Source of the DNA: an uncultured virus (IMG/VR IMGVR_UViG_3300022223_000003)
Lineage: Duplodnaviria > Heunggongvirae > Uroviricota > Caudoviricetes
Strand: one strand, 5' to 3'
Virus record (IMG/VR): IMGVR_UViG_3300022223_000003
DNA length: 64,000 nt
Position 1 is the first letter of the stretch. The number at the start of each line of letters is the position of its first letter. Of this stretch, positions 59,099 to 64,000 are shown in pieces. Made by a program: the position numbers and the translations under genes. Below the pieces are notes generated by a model, which was not told the origin of the DNA, did no database searches, and worked only from the letters and a program-made list of their open reading frames with translations.

Positions 59099-59421
59099 GA
59101 CGCGGTTATTCTACCGCATCTACGCGCCGGTGACGACCAAACCTTCTGGCTGCTCGTGATCTTCCAACCAGCGTCGAATCTTGGCCGCTTGTAGAAATGC
59201 TGTCTCGGTTCCGATTCGCTCGCGCCAGCCGGGAGAGAGCCCGTCGACGGGGCGTTTGCCGCCCATCCCGGCGACGGGCGTCGCGAGCATCTGGACAGTG
59301 GTTCGGAACTTGCGCCCCATCCGGTTGATGGCCATCTCGAAGGCCTGGGTCTGAATGCCGCTCGGGAGACGGCCGGGCGGCACCTTCAGCTCGCTGTCCA
59401 AGGTGTAGTTGAAATGCAGCA

Positions 59422-59748
59422 TCAATCCGCCTCTTCTTCCTCGTCGCCGAGTAACATGGGTGCAGGCCCCGGCGGCGGTCTCGTCATGCGATCGAGCAGG
59501 ATGTTCCCGACTGCATAGGCTCCAGGATACGCCACTGCGTAGCTCCAGTCACCCGCCCACCAGATGGGTACCAAAACCATCGCTGCTGCCGTGTAGAGCG
59601 GCATGCAGACGTTGCAGGCCAGCGGTTTTCGACCCTCTCGTGTGAGTGCTGCCAGGCCGGGGGTGTTGCGCAGGATGATCGTCAGCCCATACGCTCCGAG
59701 ACCGCCCAAAAGCGACCACAGCAGCAGATCCTGGGGCGTTGGTGTCAC
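59422..59748 (-). CDS. membrane protein with CxxC (DUF1360-like architecture)
   Basis: KPLACNVCM between TM segments. Confidence 0.5.
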   Translation of the reverse strand: MTPTPQDLLLWSLLGGLGAYGLTIILRNTPGLAALTREGRKPLACNVCMPLYTAAAMVLVPIWWAGDWSYAVAYPGAYAVGNILLDRMTRPPPGPAPMLLGDEEEEAD

Positions 59749-59752
59749 CGCA

Positions 59753-60070
59753 CTACCTGATCGCCGAGTGCAGGTACCAAAGTTCGATCTCGATCAGGTT
59801 CGCCGCGTCTGTGGAGTCAAGTGTGAAATCCATGCTGATCGGAACGCCATTTGCGTCGTAGGAAAACGACGCCTCGCTGCTCACGTTGGAGATACCGGCC
59901 CCAGGTGACACCAAGATCTGAAAGTTGTCCTCGAACGTGGAGTCTTGTTTCACACCGTCTGGTAAGGAGCTGAGATCAACCGATTGGGTAACGCCAGACC
60001 CTGAAACCCCTATCTCCCCTGAGTAGTTGAGGCGGTAGCTGGAACCGGCAGGTGTTGTAGGGCTCAACAT
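59753..60070 (-). CDS. small beta-rich hypothetical protein
   Basis: 105 aa ending HSAIR. Confidence 0.6.
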   Translation of the reverse strand: MLSPTTPAGSSYRLNYSGEIGVSGSGVTQSVDLSSLPDGVKQDSTFEDNFQILVSPGAGISNVSSEASFSYDANGVPISMDFTLDSTDAANLIEIELWYLHSAIR

Positions 60071-60084
60071 GTTTCGATCCTACG

Positions 60085-60962
60085 CTAAGCGATGGGTCCG
60101 ACTGCGGCTGCAATGCGATCCAGCGCGTCTTTGATGGTTGTCGGTGCTGATCCGCTCCAGTTTGCTGGAACCGCTGCCGTATACGCATCCGTTGTCGCCC
60201 CTGCTGCGATCCCATCGAGCTTGCTCTTATCAGCGCCCGTCATGAAACCGTCTGCACCCCTGCAACGACATCCGCATGGAGAGTGCCGCCAGCTTGATCG
60301 CCGTGGCCGTGGATGTGGTCACCACGCGAAAACTGTGTGCTACCTCCCCCCGAACTGCTTGCCCCTACGTTATTGGCTGATGCCGAGGCGAGAACCTGAT
60401 GGGTGTGATCAGACCTGGCAGGTGTCGTAGAGGTTCCAGCGGAACCGACGTTTCCTGATACGCTGGGCGGAGCGCCTGGTGTCCCGAGGTCATGTTTGTG
60501 ATCGGCGCGAGCGGGCACAGCACTCGCACCTGCCGAAGCTGCGGCAAACGTCGAGTTTACAGGGGCCGCGGGGGCACCGAGGTCGTGTTTGTGGTCGGCA
60601 CGAGCAGCGCTTGTAGCCGTACCTACCGCAGCTGCTGCAAAAGTAGAATCCGCGGGTGTTGTGGTAGCGAGCGGTGTCGTCGGGATCTCTGCCCAGCTCC
60701 CGTCCCAGACGTAGATTTCGCCCAGGCTCTCGACGTAGGTCGAGTACCCTTTGTTCGGTGTGATGTAGCTCCAAGCAGAGCCGTTCCACTGAGCGATGTC
60801 GCTGGCATGTCCGACCCACGCTCCTGTCGGAACAGTGTCTACGATGTAACGATCCCCGTCCGCCGGGGCGCCCGGGGGATCGTTGATGATGTCCAATACG
60901 CTCTCTTGCCAGTCGAAAGCAGAAATAGAGCCGGTGCCAACAATGTTGATCTTGCTTCCCAC
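60085..60962 (-). CDS. DUF2793-domain fibre/spike protein with ARxDHxH repeats, apparent frameshift at 60257-60260
   Basis: PPGAPADGDRYIV...TGAWVGH...IA.W motif and four DHxH repeats; the shifted frame continues GFMTGADKSKLDGIA to a stop at 60085. Confidence 0.75.
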
Positions 60963-61360
60963 GCTTCTACCTCATCGGTCGGCTTAGGTTCCACCACGTA
61001 CCTGCGAGCAACGCCGCGGTGAGCAACCACATCCCGGGGGTCATCCCTTCGGTCTCGCCGAGGCCTTGGTAGCCGCAGTTGCAACGACCGAGCCCTGTGA
61101 GGTCTGAGTAATCCCTGTCGCCGTCGATGGGTGTCCTCAACGGTACGTAGGTCGTGGTCTGTTGCAGCACTCCGAGCATCACGTCGACTCCGTTGTGTGT
61201 GGTGTCACCCACGCCCAAATCATCCAAGCCCCGATCACACCCCCCAAAACCCAAAACATCGCGGTTTTGGGTTCGCCTTTCTCCAAACCGTTCCGAACCG
61301 CATCGCCATAAACATAGCGTTGTGGTTGGTAAACCTCGGGTTGTTGCAACACCCCGAGCA

Positions 61361-61828
61361 TCACGCTTCCAACAGTTTCTCGAATGCGCTCTGAAACATC
61401 TTGAAACGCACGGGGTAGCCGCGGTTCAGCTCGTCGACGAGATTCGGAGGGAAGTTCTTGAGCTGTTCGATGCGCACCTTCGCGTTGTGTTTCCCGAGAC
61501 GTTGTGCGAGATCGCGTCGTGCGCGGACGTCTGCGAGTGTGAGAACGGTGCTGCCGTCCTGCGCCTGCTCTGCTTCGACCCACACCTTCTCTTCTCCGAC
61601 CCGCGCTTCTAGAGCGGAAACACGCTTGTTGCTTTGCATCTCGCCAACTCCGTCGAGGTATTTGATAGCAGATAGGGACGGAACGCTCTTCGGCATACGA
61701 AAATGACGAGCTTGGGTAGTGTAAAAACTTACAGTTTCACCTGTCCTTGTGTCCCTATAGCTATCGTCGCACGGATACTCTTTATCTGCTCCAATCAGAC
61801 ACCCCCCACCCGTGTGTTTCCAAGGCAT
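61361..61828 (-). CDS. hypothetical protein
   Basis: 155-aa ORF coupled to its neighbours. Confidence 0.55.
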   Translation of the reverse strand: MPWKHTGGGCLIGADKEYPCDDSYRDTRTGETVSFYTTQARHFRMPKSVPSLSAIKYLDGVGEMQSNKRVSALEARVGEEKVWVEAEQAQDGSTVLTLADVRARRDLAQRLGKHNAKVRIEQLKNFPPNLVDELNRGYPVRFKMFQSAFEKLLEA

Positions 61829-62682
61829 TAGATCCTCTCCGACCCGATATGCGGTGAAAGCAGGTTGTAGGCGAAGAGCAGAAGAAGCGCGGCCGACCCG
61901 GTCTTTGCCACCGAAGCCTTGGCTACTGGTTTGATGACCTTGCCGAACACCTCGGACGGACAGCTCCGAACGGTTGCGATGACGTGTGCGTAGCTGCCGA
62001 CACCCGCATTGGCCATGTTGACCATCGCTTGCTTGAGCAGCGTGATGGTCTGAGCGCCATCGGCGTCACTCATCGTGTCATACGCCGTCGTCAGCGCGAC
62101 GGTGTACACCCAGAGCTGGGTCGGGAGCTTGCCCAACAGCGCCGCATCGGGTTCGTAGACGGGTCCGACACCGAGGGCTTGCCCGGCGTAGCGCATCCCG
62201 GCCCACTTCTTCGGCGTCTGCACGACGGCCATGTAGAACGTGCCGCCCTTGTCCTGCTGCCAGCGCCACGTCACAGGTTCGCTCTTGAAGCTCGTCACCT
62301 TGCTGGTCTTGTACCCGGCCTTGCGCATCAGCTCTCTGACCTGCGCGTCCAGGACGCTCTTGTTGGCGCGTCCTCGGTCGGTGAAGACAAAGCGCACGAC
62401 CATCGACGGGGTCTGACCCGAGACGAAAGGTTCTTTCTTGACGGTGAAAGGGCCGCGACCGAGCACGAGCAAAGGATCGACCGTGATTTCCTCGTTGGCC
62501 GGAGCCGCGTGAAAACCGCTGATGTATCCCATTCCGCCGCCGGGTGCCGGGGCGAAGGGATGGGGTACGGTGCTCGTCCAGCGCGTGGAAGCCAGAGCGC
62601 CCCCGGGCGCACGGCGGAACGGCCGCGGCGAGTTGCTCGTCCAGCGCGACCCTGCGATCCCTTGTCCGACCTCCATCACCAT
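61828..62682 (-). CDS. hypothetical protein with C-terminal TM
   Basis: 284 aa; duplicated RWTS..P.PF..APGG N-terminal motif. Confidence 0.65.
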   Translation of the reverse strand: MVMEVGQGIAGSRWTSNSPRPFRRAPGGALASTRWTSTVPHPFAPAPGGGMGYISGFHAAPANEEITVDPLLVLGRGPFTVKKEPFVSGQTPSMVVRFVFTDRGRANKSVLDAQVRELMRKAGYKTSKVTSFKSEPVTWRWQQDKGGTFYMAVVQTPKKWAGMRYAGQALGVGPVYEPDAALLGKLPTQLWVYTVALTTAYDTMSDADGAQTITLLKQAMVNMANAGVGSYAHVIATVRSCPSEVFGKVIKPVAKASVAKTGSAALLLLFAYNLLSPHIGSERI

Positions 62683-62695
62683 TTCGTCACCTGCT

Positions 62696-62923
62696 TCAGA
62701 TCATCTGGCACGGGCAGTCGTTGGCCGCGTGGAACGTGACGATCGCGTTGTTGCCCTTCTTCATGACCAAGATCCAGTTGCCGAGCGCCGGTACCCAGTA
62801 GACGTGCCCTTTTTCGCTGGAGCTGTCCTCTTTGAACTCTGCCTGGTACTGCCCCAAGAATGCGTGGAGGGGTTCATTCCCTCCTTTCAGTGAAATCACC
62901 TTTTTCGATAAAGACCTTGCCAT
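62696..62923 (-). CDS. hypothetical protein
   Basis: 75 aa; AGGA RBS. Confidence 0.6.
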   Translation of the reverse strand: MARSLSKKVISLKGGNEPLHAFLGQYQAEFKEDSSSEKGHVYWVPALGNWILVMKKGNNAIVTFHAANDCPCQMI

Positions 62924-62947
62924 TCCTGTTTTTCCCGTTTTTCCATG

Positions 62948-63517
62948 CTACCTGAAACCGGAGACTTCGCTGTCGGTTTCTGGCGAGCGTGAGAGCATCC
63001 ACCAGACGAGGCCTCCAAGCGCCAGTAGCGGAAGCATGGCCACGGCACCGCCTGTTTGGCCGAACCCGGGCCGTAGCTCGGACGCGGGCTCGCGGTAGGA
63101 GCCTCCGCGGAGGGCTCCCAGACCGTCTGTGAGCGGCGCCGGGGAGTAGTTCATGGCCTCGGCGTAGCTTTCACCGCCGATGGACACATCCCGGTAGGGA
63201 GCCGCCTGGACACGATAGCCGGGCGGCGACCCGGGTTGCGCTGCGGCGTTCCAACCGACGTTGATGTTGCCCTTCCGGGAGTCGACGGTGGGCCGGAGCT
63301 TGTAGGGGTGCCAAGGCGTGGGCCACGACACCCCAGCCTGTGAGCGAAGGTAGTCGTTGGTGTTCTGGATCTCGGTCAGAACGTCATCGCCCCGCGTGAT
63401 GGTCAGGGCATCGCTCGCGGGGATGGTAGCCGACAGCGCAGACGCAAGACCGCGGTCGTGGAGCGCTTGGTTGGCGCCCACGGTATCTCGCTGCGGCTGT
63501 CCGGTCCCGAGGGTCAT
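62948..63517 (-). CDS. hypothetical protein with C-terminal TM
   Basis: likely start MTLGTG after GGAGG; hydrophobic C-terminal helix. Confidence 0.6.
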   Translation of the reverse strand: MTLGTGQPQRDTVGANQALHDRGLASALSATIPASDALTITRGDDVLTEIQNTNDYLRSQAGVSWPTPWHPYKLRPTVDSRKGNINVGWNAAAQPGSPPGYRVQAAPYRDVSIGGESYAEAMNYSPAPLTDGLGALRGGSYREPASELRPGFGQTGGAVAMLPLLALGGLVWWMLSRSPETDSEVSGFR

Positions 63518-63527
63518 CGACGACCTC

Positions 63528-64000
63528 CTACTGTGCCCACATCGGCTGGCGCACGGCGTACCGACCTCCGCGGGCAACCTCCCGGCGGATCTGCCGCGCT
63601 CGGGCGAGCTTCTGACCGAGTACGGCGATACGGTGCACCTCCTTGGCCCGCGCCCGCCGCGTCATGCGCACGCGCTGGAGCCTCTTGGCCGCTGCCTGGG
63701 CCTTCTTCTTCAGGGCGACGACGGTGCCCTTGCCCGCGACCTTTCGGACGTTCTTGGGCAGCGGTAGCGCGGCGTTGTCGAGATCGTCGGCGGTTTGGAG
63801 TTCGGCCAACGCGCCCTGGAAACCGGCCAGGCCGATGCTGCTGGGCATCAACGGCAACCCCGGAGCCGAGGACGAACCGCCCGAATAGTTGGCTCCTTCC
63901 GAGGCGTCGATGACGTTGGAGCGCGCCAAGACCCCCGGCATGATGGGCTTGCCGTACTCGTCGACCTGTGCCCGCTGCTGACCGATGCGACCGTCCGCGG
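63528..64000 (-). CDS. basic hypothetical protein (5' end probably outside window)
   Basis: ORF 63528-63941 appears open to the window edge; K/R/A-rich C-terminus. Confidence 0.5.
   Translation of the reverse strand, partial: ADGRIGQQRAQVDEYGKPIMPGVLARSNVIDASEGANYSGGSSSAPGLPLMPSSIGLAGFQGALAELQTADDLDNAALPLPKNVRKVAGKGTVVALKKKAQAAAKRLQRVRMTRRARAKEVHRIAVLGQKLARARQIRREVARGGRYAVRQPMWAQ

Overview
A GC-rich (about 60% by eye) bacteriophage genome segment. No host housekeeping genes and no recognisable terminase, portal or HK97 capsid gene are visible. Layout: (1) 1-2.3 kb and about 46-64 kb hold small membrane, basic and virion-like genes plus cell-wall enzymes. (2) 2.7-31 kb is a rightward replication and nucleotide-metabolism module: Prim-Pol/VirE primase-helicase followed by an AT-rich iteron region, Cas4-like nuclease, SF2 helicase, MazG, DEDDh exonuclease, family A DNA polymerase with a LAGLIDADG intein, Dam-like methyltransferase, ParB, HD hydrolase, ThyX, J-domain protein and amidase. 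(3) 32-40 kb is an early-type region whose genes are separated by a conserved covarying hairpin. (4) 40.9-44.4 kb is the highlight, a compact phage-encoded type V CRISPR locus without cas1/cas2. It has a Cas12f/TnpB-like effector whose first RuvC catalytic Asp is Asn (probably nuclease-dead), an upstream tracrRNA-like RNA with a split anti-repeat, and 21 repeats of 36 bp. At least five spacers match this phage's own primase-helicase gene with mostly synonymous mismatches and 5'-TTN flanks, which points to sibling phages as targets. The array ends in half-repeat/short-guide units, and solitary half-repeats are scattered across the genome, mostly at gene boundaries. My inference is an RNA-guided, non-cutting binding or silencing system with non-canonical dispersed guides. 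A Tad1-like anti-defence gene, an atypical tRNA-like RNA and a degenerate tyrosine-recombinase-like gene lie next to it. All assignments come from motif recognition by eye; no database searches were run.
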